DNA of 64,000 nt from assembly GCA_037190965.1 (NCBI GenBank), contig JBBCKI010000003.1:27032-91031 (forward strand). The letters are read 5' to 3'. The DNA is from Chthoniobacteraceae bacterium (GTDB lineage Bacteria > Verrucomicrobiota > Verrucomicrobiia > Chthoniobacterales > Chthoniobacteraceae). Positions 27,289 to 38,534 of this stretch are shown here, piece after piece. Below the pieces are notes generated by a model. The model was not told the origin of the DNA, searched no databases, and saw only the letters and a program-made list of their open reading frames with translations. A program made the position numbers and the translations under genes. The number at the start of each line of letters is the position of its first letter. Position 1 is the first letter of the stretch.

Positions 27289-29562
27289 TTACTGGGCTGA
27301 CATACAGTTGGCGATGGAGGAACCCCAGACGCCTTGCAGGGCTGCGGTGTTCCAGTTCCAGACGCTGCCGTCCGCCTCGATCCTCAAATCACTTCCGCCC
27401 ACGGTGCCGATACGGCGAACCGGGGTGCCGCGCCATTGGGCCAGCGCCTCGGCGGCAGCGGCATTGTTGGCGGAAACGGTGATGACGACGCGGGATTGCG
27501 ATTCGTTGAAAAGAAGCACCTCGGCCTGAAGCCCGGTGACGCCGAAGTCAACCTTCGCGCCGACGGTCTTCGCCTTGTCCCCGCTGATGCAGTTCTCCGC
27601 CAGCGCGGCGGCGAGGCCCCCTTCGGAGCAGTCGTGGGCGCTCTTGACGAGCCCCATTTTGATCAGCGCGCGTAGCGTGTCGTGCAAGGCACGTTCCTGG
27701 ACGAAATCAACTTTCGGCGGGACGCCTTCCTTGCGGCCATGCAGCACCTTGAGGTAGTGCGAACCGCCCATTTCGCTGCCGAGATCGCCGAGCAGAAAAA
27801 TCACGTCGCCCGAGTCCTTGAAGTGACTGGTGGTAACATGCTTGGGATCTTCGATCAAGCCGACCATGCCGACGGTCGGGGTCGGATCGACCGCGCCCGC
27901 CGGGCTCTCGTTGTAAAGACTGACGTTACCGCCCGTTACCGGGACATCGAACGCATTGCACCCTTCGGCGAGCCCTTCCACGCATTCGCGGAGTTGCCAG
28001 AAGTTATCGGGCTTGTGCGGATTGCCGAAATTGAGGTTGTCGGTCACGGCCAACGGAACCGCCCCGGAGCAGGCAAGGTTTCGCGCGGCTTCCGCCACGG
28101 CGACGCGAGCTCCCTCGCGGGGATCGAGCGCGCAGTAGGTGGAGTTACAATCGCTGGTGGCGGCAAGGATCTTGCCCGCCTCGCGGACGATGAAGACGGC
28201 GGAATCGGAGCCGGGTAACACGGTCGCGCCAAGGCGAACCATGTGATCATACTGCCGGTAGACCCACTGCTTGGAGGCGATGGAGGGATCGGCAAGAAGC
28301 TTCTCCAGACCGGCTTCGATGTCGGTCGCGGGAATGCACGAAAGCGGCGTGGGAGCCGGGCGGGGTGCGACCTCGCGGTGGTAAATCGGGGCGTCATCAG
28401 CAAGCTTGCTTGCCGGGATTTCGGCCACGACCACGTCGCCCGCCTTGACGCGCATCATGCCGTCGTCATTAACGACGCCGACTTCCGCGTGCGGGAGGTC
28501 CCATTTTTCGAAAATGTCGCGGACAATCTGCTCCTTGCCCTTCTTGACGATGATGAGCATTCGCTCCTGCGACTCGCTCAGCATGATCTCGTAAGGAGTC
28601 ATGCCCGCTTCGCGCTTGGGCACTTTTTCCAGGTCGATCTCGACGCCCGTGCCGCCACGGCTGGCGGTTTCGCAGGTTGAACAGGTCAAGCCTGCCGCGC
28701 CCATATCCTGGATACCGGCCACCGCGTCGGTGGCGAGGAGTTCCAGACACGCTTCGAGCAGAAGCTTTTCCTTGAACGGATCGCCCACCTGCACGGCGGG
28801 GCGGTCCTGTTTGGATTCCTCGGTCAATTCGCGGGAGGCAAATGCCGCGCCGGCCAGACCGTCACGGCCCGTCTCCGCGCCGACGTAGAAGACCGGGTTG
28901 CCGATGCCGCTGGCCGCGCCGCGCGCGATCTGCTCATGCTTGAGCACGCCGAGGCAGAAGACATTGACGAGCGGGTTCCCCTCGTAGCTTTCGTCGAAGT
29001 AAACCTCGCCGCCGATGGTCGGGATACCGATGCAATTCCCGTAATGCGCGATGCCGGAAACGACTCCGCCGAAAAGACGGCGGTTGTGTTTGACGTTCGG
29101 AGCCACCTCGCCCTTCTCGTCGGTCTTGCCGGAGATCGGCCCGAAACGGAGGGAGTTGAGGTTGAACACCGGGCGCGCGCCCATGGTGAAAATGTCGCGA
29201 ATGATACCGCCAACGCCCGTGGCCGCTCCCTGGAACGGTTCGATGGCGCTCGGGTGGTTGTGGCTCTCCATCTTGAACGCCACGCCCCAGCCGTCGCCGA
29301 TGTCGATGACCCCCGCGTTCTCCTCGCCCGCCTTCACCAGCACGGTCGGGCCGGTGGTGGGAAACTTGCGGAGCTCCGGCTTGGAGTTCTTGTAAGAGCA
29401 ATGCTCGCTCCACATCACCGAGAAGATGCCCAACTCGGTAAAATTCGGCTCGCGGCCGAGGATGCTCTTGATGCGTTCGTATTCGTCCGGGGTGATGCCA
29501 TGTTTGGCGATCACTTCCGGGGTGATTTCGGGATCCTTGGGAAGGTAGACGGCAGTGTTCAT
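27289..29562 (-). CDS. purL: phosphoribosylformylglycinamidine synthase subunit PurL
   Basis: [38 protein letters not shown]. Confidence 0.96.
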   Translation of the reverse strand: MNTAVYLPKDPEITPEVIAKHGITPDEYERIKSILGREPNFTELGIFSVMWSEHCSYKNSKPELRKFPTTGPTVLVKAGEENAGVIDIGDGWGVAFKMESHNHPSAIEPFQGAATGVGGIIRDIFTMGARPVFNLNSLRFGPISGKTDEKGEVAPNVKHNRRLFGGVVSGIAHYGNCIGIPTIGGEVYFDESYEGNPLVNVFCLGVLKHEQIARGAASGIGNPVFYVGAETGRDGLAGAAFASRELTEESKQDRPAVQVGDPFKEKLLLEACLELLATDAVAGIQDMGAAGLTCSTCETASRGGTGVEIDLEKVPKREAGMTPYEIMLSESQERMLIIVKKGKEQIVRDIFEKWDLPHAEVGVVNDDGMMRVKAGDVVVAEIPASKLADDAPIYHREVAPRPAPTPLSCIPATDIEAGLEKLLADPSIASKQWVYRQYDHMVRLGATVLPGSDSAVFIVREAGKILAATSDCNSTYCALDPREGARVAVAEAARNLACSGAVPLAVTDNLNFGNPHKPDNFWQLRECVEGLAEGCNAFDVPVTGGNVSLYNESPAGAVDPTPTVGMVGLIEDPKHVTTSHFKDSGDVIFLLGDLGSEMGGSHYLKVLHGRKEGVPPKVDFVQERALHDTLRALIKMGLVKSAHDCSEGGLAAALAENCISGDKAKTVGAKVDFGVTGLQAEVLLFNESQSRVVITVSANNAAAAEALAQWRGTPVRRIGTVGGSDLRIEADGSVWNWNTAALQGVWGSSIANCMSAQ

Positions 29563-30263
29563 GCGGCGGCGCGAACGCCCAGAGAGTTCAGGATGGATTC
29601 AAAGATAACCTTGCCGTCGGTGCTGCCGAGCGCTTTTTCACAGGCGCGTTCCGGGTGCGGCATGAGGCCGAAGACGTTGCGGGCGGCGTTGCAGATCCCG
29701 GCGATATTGTCGGCGGAACCGTTCGGGTTCGACGCGTCGGAAACAAAGCCGTTGGCGTCGCAGTACCTGAGGAGCACCTGCTGATTGCTGATCAATTCCT
29801 TCAGCGTGGCTTCGTCGGCGGTGTAACTCCCCTCCCCGTGGGCGATCGGAATGTTGAGCACCTGACCGGAGAGCGCTTGCGAAAGGAACGGATTGTTGAC
29901 CGCCTCCACCCGTAGCGGGCGGTTTTCGCAGATGAAGTGCAGCGACCGGTTGCGAACGAGCGCGCCGGGAAGAAGGCGCGACTCCGTGAGCACCTGGAAG
30001 CCGTTGCAGATGCCGATCAGCAGACCGCCGTTCTGGGCGTAATCGGTGACGGCTTTCATGATCGGCGAGAACCGGGCGATGGCTCCGCAGCGAAGGTAAT
30101 CGCCATAGGAGAACCCGCCCGGGAGAACGACGAGGTCGTACCCGGAGAGCGAAGTCTCCTTGTGCCAGACGTAGTCGGTGGGGACACCGAAAACGTTCTG
30201 TAGCGCGTAATGACAATCCTGGTCGCAATTGGAACCGGGAAAACGGATGACGGCGGCTTTCAT
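29559..30263 (-). CDS. purQ: phosphoribosylformylglycinamidine synthase subunit PurQ
   Basis: [31 protein letters not shown]. Confidence 0.96.
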   Translation of the reverse strand: MKAAVIRFPGSNCDQDCHYALQNVFGVPTDYVWHKETSLSGYDLVVLPGGFSYGDYLRCGAIARFSPIMKAVTDYAQNGGLLIGICNGFQVLTESRLLPGALVRNRSLHFICENRPLRVEAVNNPFLSQALSGQVLNIPIAHGEGSYTADEATLKELISNQQVLLRYCDANGFVSDASNPNGSADNIAGICNAARNVFGLMPHPERACEKALGSTDGKVIFESILNSLGVRAAA

Positions 30264-30377
30264 GATTTCAGGAATTGGGACGATACCACATCCCGGGGCG
30301 TTTGTGGAGCGGCGTTGTCATTTCCGAGAAGAAGGGGTGGCTTCATCAGAATGACGGGAAGCGGCGGATAACGAAAA

Positions 30378-30626
30378 TCAACGCTCGATCTGAAGCTCGT
30401 AGTCTTCGATGACCGGGTTGGAGAGAAGATCGCGGCAGACCTCGTGAAGGCGGGCCTCGGCATCAGCGCCGATGGCTTCGTCGTCGGAGAGTTCGATCTC
30501 CATAAACTTGCCGATCCGGACCGATTTTACCTGCGGAAACCCGTGGTGCGCCACTGCCTCCCGCACGGCCACTCCCTGCGGATCAAGAACGCTTTTCTTG
30601 GGCATGACGGTGACTCTGGCTTTCAT
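30378..30626 (-). CDS. purS: phosphoribosylformylglycinamidine synthase subunit PurS
   Basis: VLDPQG, VRIGK, LLSNPVIEDY; heads the pur cluster. Confidence 0.95.
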   Translation of the reverse strand: MKARVTVMPKKSVLDPQGVAVREAVAHHGFPQVKSVRIGKFMEIELSDDEAIGADAEARLHEVCRDLLSNPVIEDYELQIER

Positions 30627-30777
30627 AGGCCGCCAAACATTAGGAGGAGGCCTTCAAAGTTCAACCTAAAAAATGCCGGAAGCGGATGAACAGAAGACAA
30701 GGAGCCTGCCCGGCCCGCTCTATTGGAATTGCATTGCCCGGGGCGTCATCGAACTGTTTACTGCCCGTCATTATCTT

Positions 30778-31251
30778 ATGAAAAAGCACTTTATCATCCT
30801 CCTTACGACCCTTCTTCCCCTCTCCCTTTGCGCGGCAGAACCCCCGGTGCGCCCGGACGTCGAAGAACTGCTGACATTGTTGAAGGTGGACAAGCAGATG
30901 GAGCAATCCATGAATGCGATGCGGGCAATGATGATGAAGAGCTTCCCCATGAAGGGGGACGAGGCCCAAAGGGCCGCCGACAAGAGCTTCGCCATGGTTT
31001 CAAGGGAATTCAGTTGGGAGAAACTGAAGGGCCACTTTGCCCAGATTTATTCCGAGGTGTTCACCCCCGAAGAAATCAACGGTCTCATCGCTTTTTACAA
31101 GAGCCCCATCGGCCAATCCTTTTTGGAAAAACAACCTCTCCTGATGGAGAAAACGATGGAAGTGACCCAGAAGAAATTGGCCGAACTGATGCCCAAACTA
31201 CAGGCTGAAATTCAGGCCGACCTGTCGAAAGACAAGGCTGGGGCAAAATAG
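30778..31251 (+). CDS. DUF2059 domain secreted protein
   Basis: Signal peptide; IYSEVFTPEEINGLIAFYKSPIGQSFLEKQP. Confidence 0.85.
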   Translation: MKKHFIILLTTLLPLSLCAAEPPVRPDVEELLTLLKVDKQMEQSMNAMRAMMMKSFPMKGDEAQRAADKSFAMVSREFSWEKLKGHFAQIYSEVFTPEEINGLIAFYKSPIGQSFLEKQPLLMEKTMEVTQKKLAELMPKLQAEIQADLSKDKAGAK

Positions 31252-31352
31252 GGATGCCTCAAAACCGGTGAGGCAAGCGACACTGTCGACGGCGAATGAT
31301 ACGATCAAATCGCTTGCCTTCCCGGAAAAATCGTCTAATATCAGCATTCGTA

Positions 31353-31562
31353 ATGTTAGGATTAAAAATCGCCTTCTCCGTCTGCCTGGTGATCGTCTTC
31401 TTAGGGGGGATTTTTACCCTGAGAAATTTCGACAAGTGGTTTGGTGGCAGTGTCGATGTTCCCAGCGAAAACGAAAGTTCCCTGCTTCTGAACAAGAGTC
31501 AGGTGATTCTTATCTGGCTGCTGGCGATGAAGCTCTTCACCATGATGGTCTGGATTCTCTGA
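31353..31562 (+). CDS. small 2-TM hypothetical membrane protein
   Basis: 69 aa, two hydrophobic segments separated by a polar loop. Confidence 0.55.
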   Translation: MLGLKIAFSVCLVIVFLGGIFTLRNFDKWFGGSVDVPSENESSLLLNKSQVILIWLLAMKLFTMMVWIL

Positions 31563-31618
31563 GGTCGCCGCCTCCCGAAAACCTCGCTTTTTCCTCATGC
31601 AACGGGTAAACCCCGTGC

Positions 31619-31945
31619 ATGAAGCTTCGCCCGTCCGCTCCGGAACCGGCTCCGCTGCCGCGCAGCCAGAATTCGCCCCAGATCACGCAGCTTGAAAATC
31701 AGGTAGAGCGCCTGATGCTGATCACCGAGGCCCTCTGGTCCATTCTCAGGGAGCAACACGGTTACGGCGAAAAGGAGCTTCTGCGTCGAATCGTGGAGAT
31801 CGACATGAAAGACGGAAAACTCGATGGCCGCGTCGCCCCCTCGCCTCCGGAGACGTGCCCGAAATGCAGCCGGGTGACCTCACGCCTCAGGATCTGCTGC
31901 ATGTTCTGCGACGAACCCAGGATCGTCGATCCCTTCGCCCGCTAA
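31619..31945 (+). CDS. hypothetical protein with C-terminal Cys4 zinc ribbon
   Basis: EALWSIL...EIDMKDGKLDGR followed by CPKC...CMFC. Confidence 0.7.
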   Translation: MKLRPSAPEPAPLPRSQNSPQITQLENQVERLMLITEALWSILREQHGYGEKELLRRIVEIDMKDGKLDGRVAPSPPETCPKCSRVTSRLRICCMFCDEPRIVDPFAR

Positions 31946-31958
31946 CCACCCCTCATCA

Positions 31959-33812
31959 ATGATGGCCACCCGCCCGGAAAACGCACTCTCCTCCAACGCG
32001 TTAACCGGCACACCGGGGGCCGAGCGAATCCGCATCTACGAGCTTTTCATCCGGCTCTTCGGAAATACCCACCGGGGGCTCAAAACCAACGGGACACTCG
32101 AGGAGAACGGCTGCGGCAAGTTTGACGATCTCGACAAGGCCACTCTGGAGTCGATCCGCGCCATGGGATTCACGCACCTCTGGCTGATGGGCGTCGCCCG
32201 TCAGGCAACGGCAACCGACTACTCGATCCTGGGCCTTCCCGCTGACGACCCCGACCTGCTCAAAGGCCTCGCGGGGAGCCCGTATGCCCTGCGGGATGTG
32301 TACGACGTTTGCCCGGACTACGCCAGGCGCCCGGCGCGGCGTGTCGAAGAATTCAAGGCGCTGGCGGCCCGCATTCACGAGGCGGGGCTGAAGGTGATCA
32401 TCGACCTCATCCCCAACCATGTCGCCCGCTCCCACGCCTCGGTGGTGGCACCAGAGGACGACTTCGGCCGCAATGATGACCCGAGCCGTTTCTTCAGCCC
32501 GAACAACAATTTCTTTTATCTCACACCGGGCGAGGACGGCCCGCCGCTGCGGCTCCCGACCGTGGATGGAGAGGGCCGCGCGCTGAGCGTGACCTGCAAG
32601 GTGCTGGGCGGGTGCGACGGGCTGTTTGAGGGCGAGCTGGAGCATGGACGCGTGACTGGCAATAACGTGGCGAACTGGCACCCGCACCCCAATGACTGGT
32701 ACGAAACGGTAAAGCTCAACTACGGCTATGATTTCACCACCGGGCAGGCGGAATACCCGCACCCGGGAGATCCGGCAAAGCCGGTGCCCGATACCTGGCA
32801 CAAAATGGATCGGGTGATCGCCTGCTGGCAACGGCGGGGGGCGGATGGGTTCCGCTGCGACATGGCGCACCTTGTGCCGGCGGAGTTCTGGGGTTGGGCA
32901 ATCCCGCGGGCCCGGAAGCGCAAGCCCGGCGTTCTCTTCCTTGCGGAAGCCTACGATGACGATCCAGCAAAGGTCTCGCGGGAGTCCGCACTTTCAGCCT
33001 TGATCGACGCAGGGTTCGACGCGGTTTACGATCATCGCTCCTACCAGACGCTCAAGCGGCTCTATGACGGCCCTGGCTGGGCCAATGACCTCTGGCCATC
33101 CCTCGGTGCTCGCGCGATTCACTACGCGGAGAATCATGACGAAGTCCGCCTCGCCGCCATGGGCGAATGGGGCGGCGTGGGCCGGGAAGTAGGGCGGCCC
33201 GTGAGCGCGATTCTCTATGGGCTTTCGCCAGGACCGGTGCTCTTTTACAATGGGCAGGAAGTGGGGGAACCGGCGGCCGAGTCGCTCGGCTTCGGCGGCG
33301 GCAACGGGCGCACCAGCCTTTTTGATTATGGGACCATGCCCGAATTGGTAAAATGGCGGGAAAACAAGCTCTCGCCTGATCAGGAGGCGTTGCGGGCCTT
33401 CTATGGCCGTCTGTTGCATTTGATCGGCGAGCCCGCATTCCGTGACGGCATCCTCTTTCGCCTCAACCCCGCCAACCTGCAAAGCCCCCGCTTCGGAAGG
33501 CTGCCGGGCGAAGCCGCCAGCGGCCATTGGATGTTCGCCTTCCTTCGCCACGACGCGGCCACGGGACAGGGATTTCTGGTGATCGCCAACCTTCACCCTG
33601 AAGCAAGCTTTCGCGACGTCCCGGTGATAATCCCCGACGAGGCGTTGCAAGAGCTCGGCTTGGAACCTGAGAGCCATGTTGTTTTTACGGAACGACTTTC
33701 CTCCTCGCCCCCGCTCCGGTTGTCAATGCCCGCCAGGGAGGTGCGCATTCCCGTGATCCCGCCATTGACTCCCTTTTACATGGAATTTAGAGCGTTGAAT
33801 CCCATCTTATGA
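31959..33812 (+). CDS. GH13 alpha-amylase family glycosidase
   Basis: GSPYAL, DLIPNH, GFRCDMAH, AEAY, ENHDE. Confidence 0.9.
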   Translation: MMATRPENALSSNALTGTPGAERIRIYELFIRLFGNTHRGLKTNGTLEENGCGKFDDLDKATLESIRAMGFTHLWLMGVARQATATDYSILGLPADDPDLLKGLAGSPYALRDVYDVCPDYARRPARRVEEFKALAARIHEAGLKVIIDLIPNHVARSHASVVAPEDDFGRNDDPSRFFSPNNNFFYLTPGEDGPPLRLPTVDGEGRALSVTCKVLGGCDGLFEGELEHGRVTGNNVANWHPHPNDWYETVKLNYGYDFTTGQAEYPHPGDPAKPVPDTWHKMDRVIACWQRRGADGFRCDMAHLVPAEFWGWAIPRARKRKPGVLFLAEAYDDDPAKVSRESALSALIDAGFDAVYDHRSYQTLKRLYDGPGWANDLWPSLGARAIHYAENHDEVRLAAMGEWGGVGREVGRPVSAILYGLSPGPVLFYNGQEVGEPAAESLGFGGGNGRTSLFDYGTMPELVKWRENKLSPDQEALRAFYGRLLHLIGEPAFRDGILFRLNPANLQSPRFGRLPGEAASGHWMFAFLRHDAATGQGFLVIANLHPEASFRDVPVIIPDEALQELGLEPESHVVFTERLSSSPPLRLSMPAREVRIPVIPPLTPFYMEFRALNPIL

Positions 33813-34579
33813 AAACCGGCCTCCTCTTCCTCCTTGCCGCCACTCCTGCTCTTGCCCAAGACCCGGTCGCAGCCGATCCGGCCCACAACACGCTCCTGCT
33901 CGACAATGACCGAGTACGGGTTTTCGAAACCCGGCTCGCGCCGGGCGAGACGTCCGCGATGCACTCGCACCCGGCGTTCGTGGCGTACAGCCTGACCGAC
34001 GCGCAGGCAAAATTCACCTTCGAAAACGGCACCAGCCGGGAGGTGACGCTCAAACAAGGCCTCACCGCATGGAACCCGCCGCTGACGCACTCCGTGCTCA
34101 ATACCGGGACCACCGGGTTTCGCGTCCTGCACGTCGAACTCAAAGAAGCGCCTCAGCCCCCTGAAGTCCCCCGCCCTGTAGCCACGGAATCACATTACTT
34201 TAACGAGGCCGATCTGAAATGGGTGGACGCCCCCCCCGACTCGCTGCCAAAGGGATGCCGGATCGCGATTCTGGAAGGAGACCCCTCGCGGCCCGGTCCG
34301 TTTACGATGCGCGTCAAATTCCCGGCAGGCAGCCGCATGCAGCCTCACTGGCACCCCGCCGACGAGCATGCCACGGTGCTTTCCGGCGTCCTGAAAGTCG
34401 GCAAGGGAGACGCCTTTGATGAAAACAAGACCGCCGCGATCACCCGTTCCGGCTTTATGCTAATGCCCGCCGGCATGCACCACTTTGCCTTATTCCCGGA
34501 AGAAACCGTACTCCAGCTTCATGGCATGGGCCCATGGAAAGTAATTTATCTGGAAGAGGCGAAAGCGGTTACAAAATAG
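33809..34579 (+). CDS. secreted tandem cupin domain protein
   Basis: Signal peptide; first cupin HSHP...H, second cupin PHWHPADE...H. Confidence 0.8.
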   Translation: MKTGLLFLLAATPALAQDPVAADPAHNTLLLDNDRVRVFETRLAPGETSAMHSHPAFVAYSLTDAQAKFTFENGTSREVTLKQGLTAWNPPLTHSVLNTGTTGFRVLHVELKEAPQPPEVPRPVATESHYFNEADLKWVDAPPDSLPKGCRIAILEGDPSRPGPFTMRVKFPAGSRMQPHWHPADEHATVLSGVLKVGKGDAFDENKTAAITRSGFMLMPAGMHHFALFPEETVLQLHGMGPWKVIYLEEAKAVTK

Positions 34580-34585
34580 AATACC

Positions 34586-34616
34586 GAGAGAAATTGGCGC
34601 AGTAGCGCCAACTCTC
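34586..34616. terminator. hairpin between convergent genes
   Basis: GAGAG-aaa-TTGGCGC-agta-GCGCCAA-CTCTC; no strong U-tract. Confidence 0.4.
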
Positions 34617-34642
34617 CGGTTTCCACTCTCCGCTTTCCGACC

Positions 34643-36202
34643 TCAATAGGATTTTGCCCAGAGCACCCGCTTCTTGCTAGGCTCGCCGCAAACCACGCAC
34701 GCGCCCTCTTCTTCCACGGCATCAAAGGGAATGCAACGGATCGTCACTTTCAGGCGGCTCTTCACATCCTCCTCGCACTTCGGCGAGCCGCACCAGTGGG
34801 CCCGGGCAAAACCGCCGTGAATCTCCGGTTTCTGTGCGTTCTTCGCGGTGAAGAAGGCGTCGAACTCCTCGCGGGTATCGATGCAACGCGTATTGGCATT
34901 CCGGTACTCCAGCGCGCGGGCGTAGAGCGTGTCCTGAATGGACTGCAAGACCTCGGCAATCCGCCCCGACGCGTCGGCCGCCGGGATGAATTCCTTTTCC
35001 TTGGCACTCCGGTCGCGACGGGCGAGCGCCACGGTCCCCTGCTCCAGGTCGCGCGGTCCGATCTCGATCCGCACGGGAATCCCCTTTTTGATCCACTCCC
35101 AGTTTTTGACCCCGCCACCGAGATCGCGCTTGTCGACCTCCACCACAACGGACTCCCCATGGAAACGTTGCGCGCGGAGTTCCCCGGCCAGCTTCTCCGC
35201 GGCCGCGATCACGGCGTCGCGGGTCTCCGGCTTCGGCGTCACGGGGAGGATCACCACGTGCGAAGGGGCGACACGCGGCGGGATGATCATGCCGTCATCG
35301 TCGGCGTGCGCCATGATGAGCGTCCCAATGAGGCGGGTGCTGACGCCCCAGCTTGTCGTCCAGGCAAACTCTTCGCGCCCTTCGCGGGATTGGAAGCGGA
35401 TGTTGCTGGCCTTGGCAAAATTCTGACCGAGGAAGTGCGACGTTCCTGCCTGGATCGCCTTGCGATCCTGCACCATCGCCTCGATGCAAAGGGTGGAGAC
35501 GGCTCCGGGGAAACGCTCGCTCTCGCTCTTCTCGCCGCAGTAGACGGGCACCGCAAGATGCTCGCGGGCAAAGGTTTCGTAAACACCGAGCATCTTCTCG
35601 GTTTCCTCGATCGCCTCTTCCTTGGTCTCATGGGCGGTATGCCCCTCCTGCCAGAGGAATTCGGCGGTGCGGAGGAAAAGACGCGGGCGCATTTCCCAGC
35701 GGACGACATTGGCCCACTGGTTGATCAGAATCGGCAGATCGCGGTACGACTGCACCCATTTTGCATAGGTGGCCCCGATGATCGTCTCCGACGTGGGGCG
35801 AACCACCAGCGGCTCCGTCAGTTCGGCGGCGGGTGCCGGACGCATCTTGCCATCCGCGCCCACCTCCAGCCGGTGATGCGTTACCACGGCGCACTCCTTG
35901 GCAAAGCCCTCCACGTGGGCAGCCTCTTTTTCGAGGTAGCTGATGGGGATAAAGAGCGGGAAATAGGCGTTCTTGTGCCCGGTTTCCTTGAACATCACGT
36001 CAAGCTGCCGCTGCATCGCTTCCCAGAGGCCGTAGCCCCACGGCTTGATGACCATGCAGCCGCGCACGTCGGAGTTCTCAGCCATCTCCGCAGCGCGGAC
36101 GACCTGTTGATACCACTCGGGAAAATCTTCGTCGCGACGGGGGGTGATCGCTGTTTTAACGGATTGGGCTTGGGCTTGGCCCTTGGGCTGGGACTGACTC
36201 AT
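34643..36202 (-). CDS. proS: proline--tRNA ligase (archaeal/eukaryote-like type)
   Basis: RPTSET, QWANVVRWE, EFLWQEGHT, QAGTSHFLGQNF, C-terminal AKSY; start at ATG 36202. Confidence 0.96.
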   Translation of the reverse strand: MSQSQPKGQAQAQSVKTAITPRRDEDFPEWYQQVVRAAEMAENSDVRGCMVIKPWGYGLWEAMQRQLDVMFKETGHKNAYFPLFIPISYLEKEAAHVEGFAKECAVVTHHRLEVGADGKMRPAPAAELTEPLVVRPTSETIIGATYAKWVQSYRDLPILINQWANVVRWEMRPRLFLRTAEFLWQEGHTAHETKEEAIEETEKMLGVYETFAREHLAVPVYCGEKSESERFPGAVSTLCIEAMVQDRKAIQAGTSHFLGQNFAKASNIRFQSREGREEFAWTTSWGVSTRLIGTLIMAHADDDGMIIPPRVAPSHVVILPVTPKPETRDAVIAAAEKLAGELRAQRFHGESVVVEVDKRDLGGGVKNWEWIKKGIPVRIEIGPRDLEQGTVALARRDRSAKEKEFIPAADASGRIAEVLQSIQDTLYARALEYRNANTRCIDTREEFDAFFTAKNAQKPEIHGGFARAHWCGSPKCEEDVKSRLKVTIRCIPFDAVEEEGACVVCGEPSKKRVLWAKSY

Positions 36203-37341
36203 AGTTGTTGCAAAAAGTTGCGGTAAAATTCGACGCCGCCATGGAGATCGTCGACACAAAGCCACTCATCCTTGGTATGCGCCTGGGTAATGGAACCGGG
36301 CCCGGCGGCAACGGCGGGGACGCCCGCCGTGGAGAACACCGCCGCATCGCAAAACCAGCTTGCGCCGCCGCATTGCTTCCCGGCGCGCTCCAGCGTGGAT
36401 ACCAACGGATGCGCGGGGTCGGTCCAAAGCGGACGCGACTCACGATAAATGCCTTCCAGGCCGGGATCGATTTTTCTGAATTCGGAGAGCAGGCGCTCAC
36501 CGAGCGGCGAGTCGTCCTCGGCATAAAGCTCCGGGGTCGTCCGAATATCGACGGTGATCTCGCAAAAATCCGGGACGATGTTCGTGCGGCTGCCGCCATG
36601 GATCGTTCCCACACTGAGTGTTGGCGACCCGAGCACCGGATTGGTCAACTTCGCAAATCGCGGCATCAACCCCTCGCGCAGGTAGGTGATCACCTCCTGC
36701 ATTTTATAGATCGCGTTCACGCCGGTCTCCGGAGCCGAACTATGGACTGCGACGCCGCGCGTCGTCAGCTTGAACCAGCAGGAACCTTTGTGCGCATGGA
36801 CCACGGTAGGGCCGGTAGGCTCTCCAACAAGGGCGAAGCAATGCTCGGGATTCTCCGCGCAGTATTCCTTAACGAAGGCTTTGGAGCCATGTTGCCCGGT
36901 TTCCTCTCCCATCAATCCCACAAACCAGATCTCATGATCCAGAGAGGGAATCTGTTCCCGGAGTTCCCTCAACGCCCAGAGCATCGCCGCCATGGTGCCT
37001 TTGGTGTCACTGGCTCCGCGCCCCCAGATTTTCCCGTCCCGCTCCTCGCCGGAAAACGGGTCGATGGTCATCCCGACGATTCCCACCGTGTCCATATGAG
37101 GCGCGAGAATGACGCGTTTCTTGCCGGGGCGGTCGCTGGGAAAAATGCCGACGACGTTCGGGCGACCGGGAAACACCGGCTGCAACTCCACCTGCGCGCC
37201 ACAGTGCCGCAGAAAGTCCGCCACAAACTCCGCGCACGCCTGCTCCCCGGTTTTCGTCGTTCCGGGGTCGCCCTCAGGGTTGACGCTGGGGATGCGAACC
37301 AGCGCCTGAAGCAGTTCTGCGACGTTTGCGTGAATATTCAT
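36199..37341 (-). CDS. M20 family metallopeptidase (ArgE/DapE-like)
   Basis: HMDTV, GRGASDTKG, GEE, GEPT, AHTKDE; start at ATG 37341. Confidence 0.9.
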   Translation of the reverse strand: MNIHANVAELLQALVRIPSVNPEGDPGTTKTGEQACAEFVADFLRHCGAQVELQPVFPGRPNVVGIFPSDRPGKKRVILAPHMDTVGIVGMTIDPFSGEERDGKIWGRGASDTKGTMAAMLWALRELREQIPSLDHEIWFVGLMGEETGQHGSKAFVKEYCAENPEHCFALVGEPTGPTVVHAHKGSCWFKLTTRGVAVHSSAPETGVNAIYKMQEVITYLREGLMPRFAKLTNPVLGSPTLSVGTIHGGSRTNIVPDFCEITVDIRTTPELYAEDDSPLGERLLSEFRKIDPGLEGIYRESRPLWTDPAHPLVSTLERAGKQCGGASWFCDAAVFSTAGVPAVAAGPGSITQAHTKDEWLCVDDLHGGVEFYRNFLQQL

Positions 37342-37408
37342 GGATACGGAGAGACGCCGCAAGGCGCGCTCGATCAAAGGTTCCTGGATTCTGGCGAAAG
37401 TGAAGTGA

Positions 37409-38371
37409 TTACTGGCCCGCCAATGTCGCCCGGGTCTTGAGATACCACTCCACGAACTTCGGAATCCCCTCCGCGATCTTTGTCGTCGGACGGTAGTTCA
37501 GAAGTTCACGCGCCTTGCCGATATCGGCGTAAGTGAGCGGCACGTCGCCGGGTTGTTCCGGGAGTTGGTTGATGAGCGCCTTTTTCCCGAGCGCCTGCTC
37601 GATCAACGCGATCAACTCGCTGAGCGTGGTCGTCTGGCTCTCGCCAAGGTTGAAGACGTCACATAGTTGCCCCTCGTAACTCAGGCAGGCGATGACCCCC
37701 TGGAGCACGTCGTCGATATAAGTGTAATCCCGTCGAGTGGAACCGTCACCGTACTGGTCGATCGATTTCCCTTCGTGGATCGACTTTGTAAACTTATGGA
37801 TGGCGAGGTCCGGACGCTGCCGTGGCCCATAGACCGTAAAGAAGCGGAGATTGATCGTCCGGATGCCGTAAAGGTGCGAGTAATTTGAACAAAGCTGCTC
37901 GCCCGAGAGCTTGGTGGAGGCGTAAGGGCTGATCGTCTGGTTCAGGCACATATCCTCGCGGAACGGCGCGGTCTTGAGGACGCCATAGACCGAGGAACTG
38001 GAGGCGCAGACAAACCGGGGGACGCCCGCCTGTCGCGAGGCTTCCAGCAGGTTAAAGGTGCCGGAGATATTGGTGTCGATATAAAGCTTTGGCTCCTGGA
38101 TCGAGGGGCGCACCCCTGCCCTTGCCGCAAGGTGAACAATGCTGTCGAATTTTCCCTCGCGCACGATCCGCGTGACCGTCTCGGCGTCGCGGATGTCGTT
38201 CTCGTGCAACTCGATATGAGGGAGCGAGCACCGGAGATTCTCCCGTTTGATGCGGGGATCGTAAAAATCGTTGAACTCATCGAGAACAGCCACGCGATGG
38301 CCCTGGGAAAGCAGCTGCTCGACGAGATTGGACCCGATAAATCCGGCTCCGCCGGTAACCAAGATTTTCAT
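37409..38371 (-). CDS. NAD-dependent epimerase (UDP-glucuronate 4-epimerase-like)
   Basis: GGAGFIGS, HLAARAGVRPS, YASTK, FFTVYGPRQRPD. Confidence 0.9.
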   Translation of the reverse strand: MKILVTGGAGFIGSNLVEQLLSQGHRVAVLDEFNDFYDPRIKRENLRCSLPHIELHENDIRDAETVTRIVREGKFDSIVHLAARAGVRPSIQEPKLYIDTNISGTFNLLEASRQAGVPRFVCASSSSVYGVLKTAPFREDMCLNQTISPYASTKLSGEQLCSNYSHLYGIRTINLRFFTVYGPRQRPDLAIHKFTKSIHEGKSIDQYGDGSTRRDYTYIDDVLQGVIACLSYEGQLCDVFNLGESQTTTLSELIALIEQALGKKALINQLPEQPGDVPLTYADIGKARELLNYRPTTKIAEGIPKFVEWYLKTRATLAGQ

Positions 38372-38534
38372 TGGGTCAAGCTATGGAGGCACCGGAACCC
38401 GGGCAAGCAAAAGTTCCCCAAAAGAGCCGGTAAAAGACCTTCACTTTTCCCTGATCGTTGTATACGATAATCGCTCCGCTCGCTTGACACTCCGCCCCTT
38501 CGGTGAGATAGAACGAGAATTCCTTACCCACATT

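Noticed and set aside
30260..30346. 28-aa ORF between purS and purQ whose stop overlaps the purQ start
   Set aside because: No SD or recognisable motif; the overlap can arise by chance
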